This document shows positions 33,250 through 40,754 of a DNA stretch of 40,754 bases, one piece after another. The position numbers and the translations under genes were made by a program. The stretch's first letter is position 1; every line of letters begins with the position of its first letter. Below the pieces are notes generated by a model that worked only from the letters and a program-made list of their open reading frames with translations, was not told the origin of the DNA and made no database searches. The stretch spans positions 1 to 40,754 of IMG/VR virus record IMGVR_UViG_3300012172_000008, one strand, 5' to 3'. This stretch comes from a virus (Duplodnaviria > Caudoviricetes).

Positions 33250-34550
33250 GCTGCCCCCGCCACGTCGTGCTCGTGGTCCTCGACGACGTCGGGGTCGACA
33301 AGGTCGGCTGCTACGGGCACCCGACGGCCGGCCCGACGCCGACGCTCGACGGCCTGGCCAGCGGCGGCATCCGCTTCAGCCGCGCCTACGTGAACCCCAG
33401 CTGCGCGCCCACGCGCTGCGCGTTCCTCACCGGGCTCTACGGCAGCCGCACCGGCATCGACACGGGCGTGCCCACCTACGAGCCCGACACCAACCCCAAC
33501 GGCGACTTCCTGCCGGCCGACGAGCTGCCCTGGCTGCCGCGGCTGCTGTCCGAGCAGATCGTGCACTGCGACCTGGTGGGGAAGTGGCACCTCACGCACA
33601 TCGCGGCGCCCGACTACCACCGAGACCCGATCGCCAAGGGCTACAGCAACTGGCGCGGGCACCTGAGCAACATCCTCTCCGCGCAGGGTGAGGGGCCCTA
33701 CAGCTGGAGGAAGCAGTACGCCGACGGCGCCGGCTGGACCGAGGCGACGCAGACGGTCTTCTGCACGGTCGACAACTGCTACGACGCGAGCCAGGCGCTG
33801 GCCGCCTCGATCAGCCGGCCGTCGTTCCTGTGCCTGAGCTTCAACGCGCCGCACCCGCCCTGGGACCAGCTGCCGCCCGCGGGCAGCTACACGCCGGTCG
33901 GCGGGCTGCAGACGCAGCCCAAGAAGCAGCAGTACGCGCTGCAGGCCGTCGACACCTACCTCGGCCAGCTCATGGCCTACTACGCCGCCCAGCACCCCGC
34001 GGCGGCCGCCGAGACGCTGTGGCTCGTGCTGGGCGACAACGGGACCCCGGCGGCGGCCATCGAGCCGCCCACGGCCGCGCACCAGCACAAGGCCACGCCC
34101 TACGAGGGCGGCGTGCACGTGCCGCTGATCGCCTGGGGCGCCGGCGTCGACCAGCCCGGCCGCGTCGACTCGCGGCTGATCCATGCCGTGGACCTGCACA
34201 CCACGCTGCTCGAGCTGTTCGGCGCGCCGGCCGTGGCCGGCACCGACGGCCTGAGCTTCCTGGCGGCGCTGGGCAACCCGGCCGCGCCGGCCGCGCGGAT
34301 CTCGGCCTACTGCCGCCACGCCCAGCCCAACGGCTTTGGAGCGAAGGACTGGGTCGAGGAGTGCGCGGTCGAGGCGCGCTGGAAGCTCGTGCGCAAGACC
34401 ACGGGCGCCACCGTCGTGCTGCAGCTGTTCGACCTGGTGGCCGACCCGGCCGAGCTGACCAACCTGTACCCGGGCAGCACGCAGGAGCAGGCCGACGCGA
34501 TCGCGGCGCTCACGGCGGTGCTCAACGCCGGCACGGCGGGCCCGCCGTGA
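33246..34550 (+). CDS. Formylglycine-dependent (S1) sulfatase, 434 aa, no signal peptide
   Basis: HVVLVVLDD, TPTLDGLA..GIRF..AY, C53-A-P-T-R..LTG, GKWHL, FNAPH, GDNG, KATPYEGGVHVPLI, QLFDLVADPAE. Confidence 0.92.
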   Translation: MSCPRHVVLVVLDDVGVDKVGCYGHPTAGPTPTLDGLASGGIRFSRAYVNPSCAPTRCAFLTGLYGSRTGIDTGVPTYEPDTNPNGDFLPADELPWLPRLLSEQIVHCDLVGKWHLTHIAAPDYHRDPIAKGYSNWRGHLSNILSAQGEGPYSWRKQYADGAGWTEATQTVFCTVDNCYDASQALAASISRPSFLCLSFNAPHPPWDQLPPAGSYTPVGGLQTQPKKQQYALQAVDTYLGQLMAYYAAQHPAAAAETLWLVLGDNGTPAAAIEPPTAAHQHKATPYEGGVHVPLIAWGAGVDQPGRVDSRLIHAVDLHTTLLELFGAPAVAGTDGLSFLAALGNPAAPAARISAYCRHAQPNGFGAKDWVEECAVEARWKLVRKTTGATVVLQLFDLVADPAELTNLYPGSTQEQADAIAALTAVLNAGTAGPP

Positions 34551-35107
34551 ACGGCAACTTCGACGAGTTCAACCGCCAGCTCGAGGGCCTCATCGAGAAG
34601 CAGCTGCCCGAGCGCGCACTGAAGTTCCAGCTCAAGGTCGCGGGCGACGCGATCGACGGCGTGATAAAGCGCACGCCGGTCCTCGACGGGCTGCTGCGCT
34701 TCAACTGGCAGGCCTCGGTCTACGGGCCCATCGACACGGTGCGCGACGGCAGCGATGCCGAGGGCGAGGGCCAGGCGACGAGGGCCGAGGCGAAGGCAAC
34801 GCTCAAGGCGCAGCTGCACCCCTACGGCACCGCCTATCTGAGCAACCCGACGCCATACGCGTCCGTGATCGAGGACGGCGGCTACCCCAGCCCGGTCAAG
34901 CGCGGCACGCGCATCCGCAACGCGCGCCGCCGGCAGCGGCGCCGCGGGCTGCTCGATCGCAGCGCCGAGGCGCGCGAGGCCTTCCTGCTGGCGGGCGAGA
35001 CCGCCGACTACGAGATCCGCAGCGCGGGCGGCTTCAGCAAGCGGGCGCCGCAGGGCATGGTCGGCGTGACCGTGCTCGAGCTCCAGGATTACTTCGAGAG
35101 GGACTGA
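34547..35107 (+). CDS. Tail completion/neck protein (HK97 gp10-like, 186 aa)
   Basis: RTPVLDGLLRFNWQAS, YLSNPTPYASVIE.G, SKRAPQGMV; GTGA overlap. Confidence 0.8.
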   Translation: MNGNFDEFNRQLEGLIEKQLPERALKFQLKVAGDAIDGVIKRTPVLDGLLRFNWQASVYGPIDTVRDGSDAEGEGQATRAEAKATLKAQLHPYGTAYLSNPTPYASVIEDGGYPSPVKRGTRIRNARRRQRRRGLLDRSAEAREAFLLAGETADYEIRSAGGFSKRAPQGMVGVTVLELQDYFERD

Positions 35108-35110
35108 GCG

Positions 35111-35809
35111 ATGTCGATGTCGAACTCCGCCGAGACCAACCTGGGCAAGCTGCTGCTGCAGAACGTGACGTGGGCCAACGTCGGCGACGCGACGGGCCTG
35201 GTCGGCAGCGCCGTCGCGGGCAGCTGGTACTGCGGCCTGGCCACGGCCTTCCCCGGCGAGGGCGGCACGCAGGCGACCAGCCAGGCGGCCTACACCGGCT
35301 ACGCGCGCGTCGCCGTGGCGCGCTCGACCGGCGGCTGGGCGATGGCCAACAACATCGGCGACAACGTGGGCGCGATCACGTTCCCGGTCTGCACCGGCGC
35401 GCCCGAGACCGAGTTCTGGTGGACGCTGGGCCGCGACTCGGGCACCGGCGCCGGCGAGCTCTTCGCCTTCGGCCCGCTGATCCAGTCGGGCGCCGACTAC
35501 TTCGTGTTCGTCGCGGCGACCTCGGACACGCTCACCGTGCCGGGCAACCCCTTCGCGGTGAACGACGAGATCTGCTTCCTCGCGATGGCTGGCGGCTCGG
35601 CGCTGCCGACCGGGATCACCGAGGGCACGCGGTACTTCGTCAAGACGAGCTCGGGCAACGACATCACGATCTCGACCACGCAGGGCGGCTCGACGCTCGA
35701 CATCACCGCGGCGGGCGCCGGGTTCTGCATCAAGATGACCCACCTGGCGGTGGACGTGAACATCACGCCGTCGTTCGCGGCCGGGGTGCTCGACCTCGTG
35801 TTCGCCTGA
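35111..35809 (+). CDS. Virion structural protein (neck/fibre-type)
   Basis: SNSAETNL..LL..., YTGYARVAVAR, ITFP, ITPSFAAGVL; internal LPTGITEGTRYFV beta-domain insert. Confidence 0.72.
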   Translation: MSMSNSAETNLGKLLLQNVTWANVGDATGLVGSAVAGSWYCGLATAFPGEGGTQATSQAAYTGYARVAVARSTGGWAMANNIGDNVGAITFPVCTGAPETEFWWTLGRDSGTGAGELFAFGPLIQSGADYFVFVAATSDTLTVPGNPFAVNDEICFLAMAGGSALPTGITEGTRYFVKTSSGNDITISTTQGGSTLDITAAGAGFCIKMTHLAVDVNITPSFAAGVLDLVFA

Positions 35810-37167
35810 TGGGACTGTGGATCTGCAAAGCGGCGGACTCGGACATCCTCCCGTCGGGCAACGTCCTGGTGTCCAAGAATCTCGCGCTCGACACCGAGAC
35901 GCCGTCCAACGTCAATATCACGGTCCCCGGCAGCTCGACGCGCAACATGCGCTTCCGCACGGTGCTGAACGTGCCGAACGACCCGGCCATGTGGGCCTCG
36001 GGCAACGCGACCGCCACGGTCAACGTCGTGACCGGCTTCTCGAATGTGCGCGTGGCCTGCACGCCGCACCGCGAAGACTCGGCCGGCAACAACGTCGAGC
36101 AGCTCGCCACCACGGCTGAGCAGACGCCGGTGTCGGGCAATGTCCTGACCTTCACGTGGACGCCCCTCACGTGGGCCGTCTCCGCCGTCGCCCAGACCGA
36201 TCGCCTGCGGCTGCACATCGCCTGGCGCACGACGAACGCGACGGCCCGTACCTGCACGATCCAGGTCGGTGACGCCAACGCGTCCTTCGATCTCCCCGTG
36301 GCCTGGCTGGGCGAGCTGCGCGGCCGGGCGATGATCAGCCTGGCGGGCCTCGGGCAGCTCGGCGGCGCCGGCGGTCTGGTGGGGCGCTCGCTGCTCAGCG
36401 TGTCGGGTCGCGGCGGGCCGCTCGCGGGCGCCGGCGCGGCGCGCGGGCGCGCCCTGATCGGCATCGCAGGGCGCGCGGCGGCGGGTGGCAGTGGAGCGCT
36501 GCGCGGGCGCGCCATCGCGTCGCTCGCGGGTCGCGGCGTCGCCGGTGGGACAGGCGTGCTGAACGGCCGAGCGGTCGTGTCCGCGGCGGCGCGCGGCGGC
36601 CCTCCGGCGGGGGCCGGGGCGCTGGCCGGACGCGGCCTGGTGGGCGCCAGCGGCCGCGCCACGCCCTCCGGCGCCGGCGCCCTGGCCGGCCGGGCGCTGC
36701 TGCAGCTGCTCCCGCGTGGCGTGCTGGCCGACCTGCAGGCCGCCGTTGGCGGGTGCGTCGAGACGATCCTCGCTGCGGTCCGGAGCCGCTACGCGACGCT
36801 CGTGGAGGGCGCGCACGCCGTCCCCACGCTGCACGACAACGAGGGCGAGGCCATGCCGGACAGCTCGGCCTGGGTGCGCTTCTCGCTCGAGCTCGACCGC
36901 TCATTCCAGATGGACTTCGGCGGCGCCGAGCAGAGCCGCCGGCTGCTCGGCCAGGCCACCGCGGCGATCTACCTGCCCTTCGGGACGGGCGACGGCGAGG
37001 CCTGGGAGCTGGCCGACATCATCAACGACGCCTTCCGCGGCCAGGCCGCCGACGGCGTGATCTACAGCCCGCCGCCCTACCCGATCCGGCGCGGGCTCGT
37101 GGACGACCGCTGGGTGCTCGAGGTCGTCGTGCCCTTCTACGCGCAGTGCGCGGAGCCGGTCGCATGA
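35809..37167 (+). CDS. Fusion: beta-sandwich domain + Gly/Ala/Arg repeat stalk + tail-terminator-like (DUF4128-like) domain (452 aa)
   Basis: TGATG overlap; C-terminal HDNE....SAWVRFS...G.....IYLPFGTG..E...LAD.I..AF...W...V.VPFY. Confidence 0.72.
   Translation: MGLWICKAADSDILPSGNVLVSKNLALDTETPSNVNITVPGSSTRNMRFRTVLNVPNDPAMWASGNATATVNVVTGFSNVRVACTPHREDSAGNNVEQLATTAEQTPVSGNVLTFTWTPLTWAVSAVAQTDRLRLHIAWRTTNATARTCTIQVGDANASFDLPVAWLGELRGRAMISLAGLGQLGGAGGLVGRSLLSVSGRGGPLAGAGAARGRALIGIAGRAAAGGSGALRGRAIASLAGRGVAGGTGVLNGRAVVSAAARGGPPAGAGALAGRGLVGASGRATPSGAGALAGRALLQLLPRGVLADLQAAVGGCVETILAAVRSRYATLVEGAHAVPTLHDNEGEAMPDSSAWVRFSLELDRSFQMDFGGAEQSRRLLGQATAAIYLPFGTGDGEAWELADIINDAFRGQAADGVIYSPPPYPIRRGLVDDRWVLEVVVPFYAQCAEPVA
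36310..36735 (+). repeat. Seven 20-21 aa repeats GxLxGRAxxSxxGRGxxxGx
   Basis: GELRGRAMISLAG, GGLVGRSLLSVSG, GAARGRALIGIAG, GALRGRAIASLAG, GVLNGRAVVSAAA, GALAGRGLVGASG, GALAGRALLQL. Confidence 0.75.
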
Positions 37168-37550
37168 CGAGCTGGACCGAGATGGCCGCCGCCGTGCGCA
37201 CCCGGATGAGCACGGCGCTGCCCTCGGTGGCGGTGCAGTACGACAACCACGCCCTGACGCCGCCCGACGTCGCGCCCTGGGTGCGCTGGACGCTGCAGCC
37301 GGCCGGCGTGCGCCAGCCCGAGTTCGGCACCTACCGCACCGACGGCCGCGCCGTGGCGTCGATCTTCACGCCGATGGCGATGGGTGTGCAGGCTGGCCTG
37401 GCGCTGGCCGACACGATCAGCGCGGCCTTCCGGCTCGTCGCGGCGTCCGGGGTGACCTGGCGCTCGCCGGCGGTGCGCACGATCGGCCGCGCGGGGAAAT
37501 GGTGGCAACTAAACGTCGAGTGCCCGTTCTACACTGAGGACCAAGCCTAG
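37164..37550 (+). CDS. Tail terminator (DUF4128-like, 128 aa)
   Basis: VQYDN....PPD..PWVRWT...G....SIFTP...G......LADTI..AF...WWQLNVECPF; directly before the tube gene. Confidence 0.78.
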   Translation: MTSWTEMAAAVRTRMSTALPSVAVQYDNHALTPPDVAPWVRWTLQPAGVRQPEFGTYRTDGRAVASIFTPMAMGVQAGLALADTISAAFRLVAASGVTWRSPAVRTIGRAGKWWQLNVECPFYTEDQA

Positions 37551-37565
37551 CGGGGTGATGCCCGC
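37550..37565 (+). promoter_or_regulatory. GUGAUG-loop hairpin in the tail-tube leader
   Basis: GCGGG-GTGATG-CCCGC just upstream of the AGGGGAAG RBS. Confidence 0.5.
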
Positions 37566-37583
37566 GCAGCAGGGGAAGAAGAC

Positions 37584-38759
37584 ATGTCCGACACCAATCG
37601 GCTGACGCTGTATTCCAAGAAGCAGTCCGCCTTCGGGACGCAGGCGACCGGTAACTACCAGACCTACCGCTTCGCCGGCGAGAGCCTGGCGACGATCACG
37701 GGCGCGACGCCCTCCGACGAGATCGAGAGCGGGCGCATGGTGACGGACGTCGCGCAGACCGCGCGCCACACCGAGGGCCCGATCCGCGCGCGCTTCAGCT
37801 ACGGCGCGTACGACGAGTGGCTGGCGGCCGGGCTGCAGGCCGATCAGGCCGACACCTGGCAGGCCGTGCAGACCGACACGCTCGCCGCGGGCAAGACCCT
37901 GCAGGCCGTCGCCGCGGGCAACATCCTGCGCACCGCGGGCGCCAGCAAGATCGTGTGGGCCAACCACGGCCTCGGGCGGTGGATCCGCGTCAAGGGCTTC
38001 GCCACCAACCCGGCGACGATCTGGTGCCGCATCACCGCGATCGCGGGCGACGACGCCACGGTCGACCACGTGACCCTGGTCGACGAGGCCGCGATCAGCA
38101 CGGGCGAGGTCGAGCGCGGCCCGTACATCACCAACGGCGTGACCGAGCGGCTGTACTCGCACGAGATCAAGTACGGCGACCTGTCGAGCAACTTCGTGCT
38201 GTGGCGCGACCAGACGATCGCGGGGATGAACTTCGCGGTGGCGGCCGACGGCCTGGTGGACCTGGGCTTCAACTGGATGGGCGCGCAGGAGATCTCCAAC
38301 ACCTCGACGCAGGCCGGCACGCCGGTGGCGTCGACGGACAAGCGAATCATCAACGGCGTCTCTCACATCAAGGCCGTGATGCTCGACGGCACCACCTTCG
38401 GCATGAGCAAGCTGAGCTGGCAGCTCTCCAACGCCGTGCGCCAGCGCCTCGAGCTGGGCTCGCTGGGCCCGGTGTCGTTCGGCTACGGGCGCATGACCTG
38501 CGAGGTCGACCTCGAGGCCTACTACGCCAACAACACGAACCTGGCCAAGCACCTCAGCTTCGCCGATGTCGGCCTGGCCTTCCGCGTGGTGGACATCGAC
38601 GGCAACGCCTACGTGATCCACTGGCCGGCGGGGAACTTCACCGCGGGCACGCGCCAAGGCGAGCGCACCGACGACGACGTGTTCCAGAAGCTGCACTTCA
38701 TGAGCAAGAAGCACAACACGTGGGGGTACCAGATGCAGATCGCGAAGTGGGACGTCTGA
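37584..38759 (+). CDS. Major tail tube protein (Phage_tube_2-like) with insertion domain
   Basis: RFAGESL....SDEI..GR..D, G.I...FSYGAYD, DIDGNAYVI..P motifs. Confidence 0.85.
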   Translation: MSDTNRLTLYSKKQSAFGTQATGNYQTYRFAGESLATITGATPSDEIESGRMVTDVAQTARHTEGPIRARFSYGAYDEWLAAGLQADQADTWQAVQTDTLAAGKTLQAVAAGNILRTAGASKIVWANHGLGRWIRVKGFATNPATIWCRITAIAGDDATVDHVTLVDEAAISTGEVERGPYITNGVTERLYSHEIKYGDLSSNFVLWRDQTIAGMNFAVAADGLVDLGFNWMGAQEISNTSTQAGTPVASTDKRIINGVSHIKAVMLDGTTFGMSKLSWQLSNAVRQRLELGSLGPVSFGYGRMTCEVDLEAYYANNTNLAKHLSFADVGLAFRVVDIDGNAYVIHWPAGNFTAGTRQGERTDDDVFQKLHFMSKKHNTWGYQMQIAKWDV

Positions 38760-38762
38760 TCC

Positions 38763-39185
38763 ATGCCGTCACTGCACTGCATGGACCTGAGGGCCGAGCA
38801 GGAGGGCCTCGAGCTGCCCTACGACCCGCAGCCGGGCATCGTCGTGCGCATCGCGCGCATGAACAACCCGGCGATGGTGGCCTGGAATAACAGCCACGAG
38901 GGCAAGGAGCGGCTGCGCCAGCTCAAGCTGCAGCTCGGCCATGACAAGGGCGTCGACCGCTGGTACCGCGAGAGCGTCGCGCAGTGGGTCGTTCGCGGCT
39001 GGTCCGGCATGCACGTGCGCGCGACGCAGCAGGAGCAGCCCTACGGCGTCGAGGCCTCGATCGAGTACATGGTCGAGCCTCGCTACTACCAGTGGCAGGA
39101 CTGGGTGGCGGCGCGCGCGGGGGAGACCGAGCGCTTCGTCGAGCGCGAGAAGGAAGACGCCTCAAAAAACTCACCGCCTGCCTGA
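38763..39185 (+). CDS. Tail assembly chaperone (gpG-like, 140 aa)
   Basis: RIARMNNP...VRGWSG...QPY...; ends just after the slippery site. Confidence 0.82.
   Translation: MPSLHCMDLRAEQEGLELPYDPQPGIVVRIARMNNPAMVAWNNSHEGKERLRQLKLQLGHDKGVDRWYRESVAQWVVRGWSGMHVRATQQEQPYGVEASIEYMVEPRYYQWQDWVAARAGETERFVEREKEDASKNSPPA
39164..39170 (+). promoter_or_regulatory. -1 programmed frameshift site A AAA AAC
   Basis: XXXYYYZ heptamer in frame with the chaperone ORF (TCA AAA AAC); -1 frame open to 39544. Confidence 0.85.
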
Positions 39186-39544
39186 CGTGGGAGCTGCGGT
39201 GGAAAGCGGACCCTCGGCGCCTGCGCGTGGCGGAAATCGCCGCGAGCGAGGGGCAGGGGCCGGATCCACTGAACGACCGCCCCGAGCTGTGGCCGGAGCT
39301 GTCGGACGTCTGGGCGGGCTGGTGGCAGCTTCATACGGGGCGCGGCCAGGGCGTGAGCGGGCCGCTGCCGATCACGCTGGTCGAGATGGTCGCGCTGCTC
39401 GACGTCACCCGCGTGACCGATCACGAGTCGCGGGTCGATCGGTGCCGGTGGTGGCGCGAGATGGACGGGGCCTTCTTCGAGCGGGTGGCTGCGCAGCGCG
39501 AGGACCGAGGCCGTGACCACCCTCTACCTGGAGATGAACGCTGA
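39170..39544 (+). CDS. gpT-like frameshift extension of the tail chaperone (gpGT about 260 aa, 38763-39544)
   Basis: PELWPELSDVWAGWWQLHTGRGQGVSGPLPIT...MD..F motif; no suitable start of its own. Confidence 0.8.
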   Translation, partial: LTACLTWELRWKADPRRLRVAEIAASEGQGPDPLNDRPELWPELSDVWAGWWQLHTGRGQGVSGPLPITLVEMVALLDVTRVTDHESRVDRCRWWREMDGAFFERVAAQREDRGRDHPLPGDER

Positions 39545-40754
39545 CAAGGTGAAGTCGGGGGCCGAGCAGGCCGCCGGCGCGCTGCGCAAGGTCCAGGCCG
39601 AGACGAAGGCCACCGAGCGCACATTTGCCGACGCCGCGCGCAGCAACCAGGCGTTCGCGCTCACGATGGGGCAGCTGCCCAATGCCTTCACGCCGGCGAA
39701 GAAGGTCTTCGCCGACATGGCGGCCGCGATCGACGCGACGGGCAAGAGCAACAAGGCCTTCGCGGTGACGCTGGCCGACCTGCCCGCGGGCTTCCAGAAG
39801 GTCAAGGCCGGGTTCGCCGACATGGATCGCTCGGCGAGGGTGATGCAGCAGGCCAGGCTGAGCAACCGCGCCTTCGGGCTCGAGCTGCGCGACCTGGCCG
39901 GCAGCTTCGTGCCGGTCAGCGCCGCCTTCACCGACGTCGCCACGAAGAGCTCTGTCGCTGGCGGCTTCCTTGGCAAGATCGGCACCAAGCTCACCGACGT
40001 GGGCAGTTACGCCAGGAGCTTCGCGACTCACCTCAAGGGCATGCTGATCATGGCGCCGGCCTTTGCCCTGCTCGGGGCCGGCGTCGCGCTCGTCGGCGAC
40101 GCCATCGTGGGCCTGTTTCAGCCGACGGAGGAAGAGACGAAGCGGATGGACGCGCTGAAGCGCGCCACCGAGGGCTACGCCGGCTCACTCGAGCAGCTGC
40201 GCAGGCAGCGCGACGTCGGGCTGGCGAACAAGGCCGCGACTGGCACGTCCGGCGGGGCCATCGATCAGCAGATCGAGACGCTGAAGGGCATGCGCGAGGG
40301 CCTGATCCCGGGCGCGATGGTGCCGTCCGGCGCCGTGAAGCAGCTGCTCGACATGGGCGTTAAGATCAAGGATCTCGGCGAGGTCGGCGAGAAGGCGTTC
40401 GGCGACCTCGCGCGACGCACGGCCGAGTGGGAGGCGATGCTGCGCCAGGCCGGCAAGACGGCCGAGGAGGCGCAGTACCTCAAGCAGTTCCCGCAGGCGC
40501 CGCAGCTGGTGGTCACACCGGAGATCGCCAAGGCCGCGATCGAGGCGCGGATCAAGGCGTTGCAGGAGGAGCAGCGCGCCGAGAAGCAGCTGCTCGACCA
40601 GCAGAAGGCGCGGCTCGAGCTCGTCGGCCAGCTCGCCACGGCCTACAACCGCCTCTCCGGGATCACGGCCGCGCAGCGGCAGGCGATGGAGTTCGCCGAG
40701 CGGCTCGGCTTCTCGGGCGACCTCGCCGGGCAGGCCGTGTCGGTCTACGAGGGC
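39513..40754 (+). CDS. Tail tape measure protein, 5' part (continues into 1-921)
   Basis: GAGG RBS, GTG start, MTTLYLEMNADKVKSG...; Ala/Lys-rich helices, hydrophobic segment MLIMAPAFALLGAGVALVG; open to the window end. Confidence 0.9.
   Translation, partial: MTTLYLEMNADKVKSGAEQAAGALRKVQAETKATERTFADAARSNQAFALTMGQLPNAFTPAKKVFADMAAAIDATGKSNKAFAVTLADLPAGFQKVKAGFADMDRSARVMQQARLSNRAFGLELRDLAGSFVPVSAAFTDVATKSSVAGGFLGKIGTKLTDVGSYARSFATHLKGMLIMAPAFALLGAGVALVGDAIVGLFQPTEEETKRMDALKRATEGYAGSLEQLRRQRDVGLANKAATGTSGGAIDQQIETLKGMREGLIPGAMVPSGAVKQLLDMGVKIKDLGEVGEKAFGDLARRTAEWEAMLRQAGKTAEEAQYLKQFPQAPQLVVTPEIAKAAIEARIKALQEEQRAEKQLLDQQKARLELVGQLATAYNRLSGITAAQRQAMEFAERLGFSGDLAGQAVSVYEG
40632..40754. repeat. Terminal direct repeat, copy 2 (123 bp)
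   Basis: Identical to 1-123. Confidence 0.97.

Overview
The window is very probably a complete, circularly assembled tailed-phage genome. Bases 1-123 are identical to 40632-40754, giving a unit length of 40,631 bp, and the sequence is very GC-rich (roughly 70% by eye). It looks like a siphovirus with a GTA-like (RcGTA-type) tail tip. Almost all genes are on the + strand and coupled by ATGA/GTGA/TGATG overlaps; only three small genes (7.5-8.4 kb) run leftward. Gene order: tape measure (crossing the junction), DUF2460 distal tail, lectin-like tail protein, fused hub+megatron, DUF2793 fibre; divergent control region with one XRE-HTH gene; early genes (HNH-like, Zn-finger proteins, YqaJ exonuclease, Bet/RecT, C5 methyltransferase, Hjc-type resolvase, DUF1376 initiator with iterons, DnaC-like loader, XerC/D-like recombinase, pentapeptide-repeat protein, accessory genes); TerS, TerL, membrane/lipoprotein cluster, portal, sigma-70-like gene, MuF, scaffold, P22-type capsid, neck genes, tail tube and a frameshifted tail chaperone. 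Most unusual features: (1) an intact formylglycine-type sulfatase translationally coupled inside the neck operon; (2) a DnaJ-type zinc finger fused to an Flp-prepilin-like segment; (3) a recurrent (G/U)GAU hairpin-loop motif in late-gene leaders; (4) no recognisable endolysin or NlpC/P60; (5) a duplicated tail-terminator domain, one copy with a repeat stalk; (6) a Xer-like recombinase lacking the catalytic Lys; (7) accessory genes bracketed by 11-17 bp direct repeats. All family calls come from motif recognition by eye, not from database searches.
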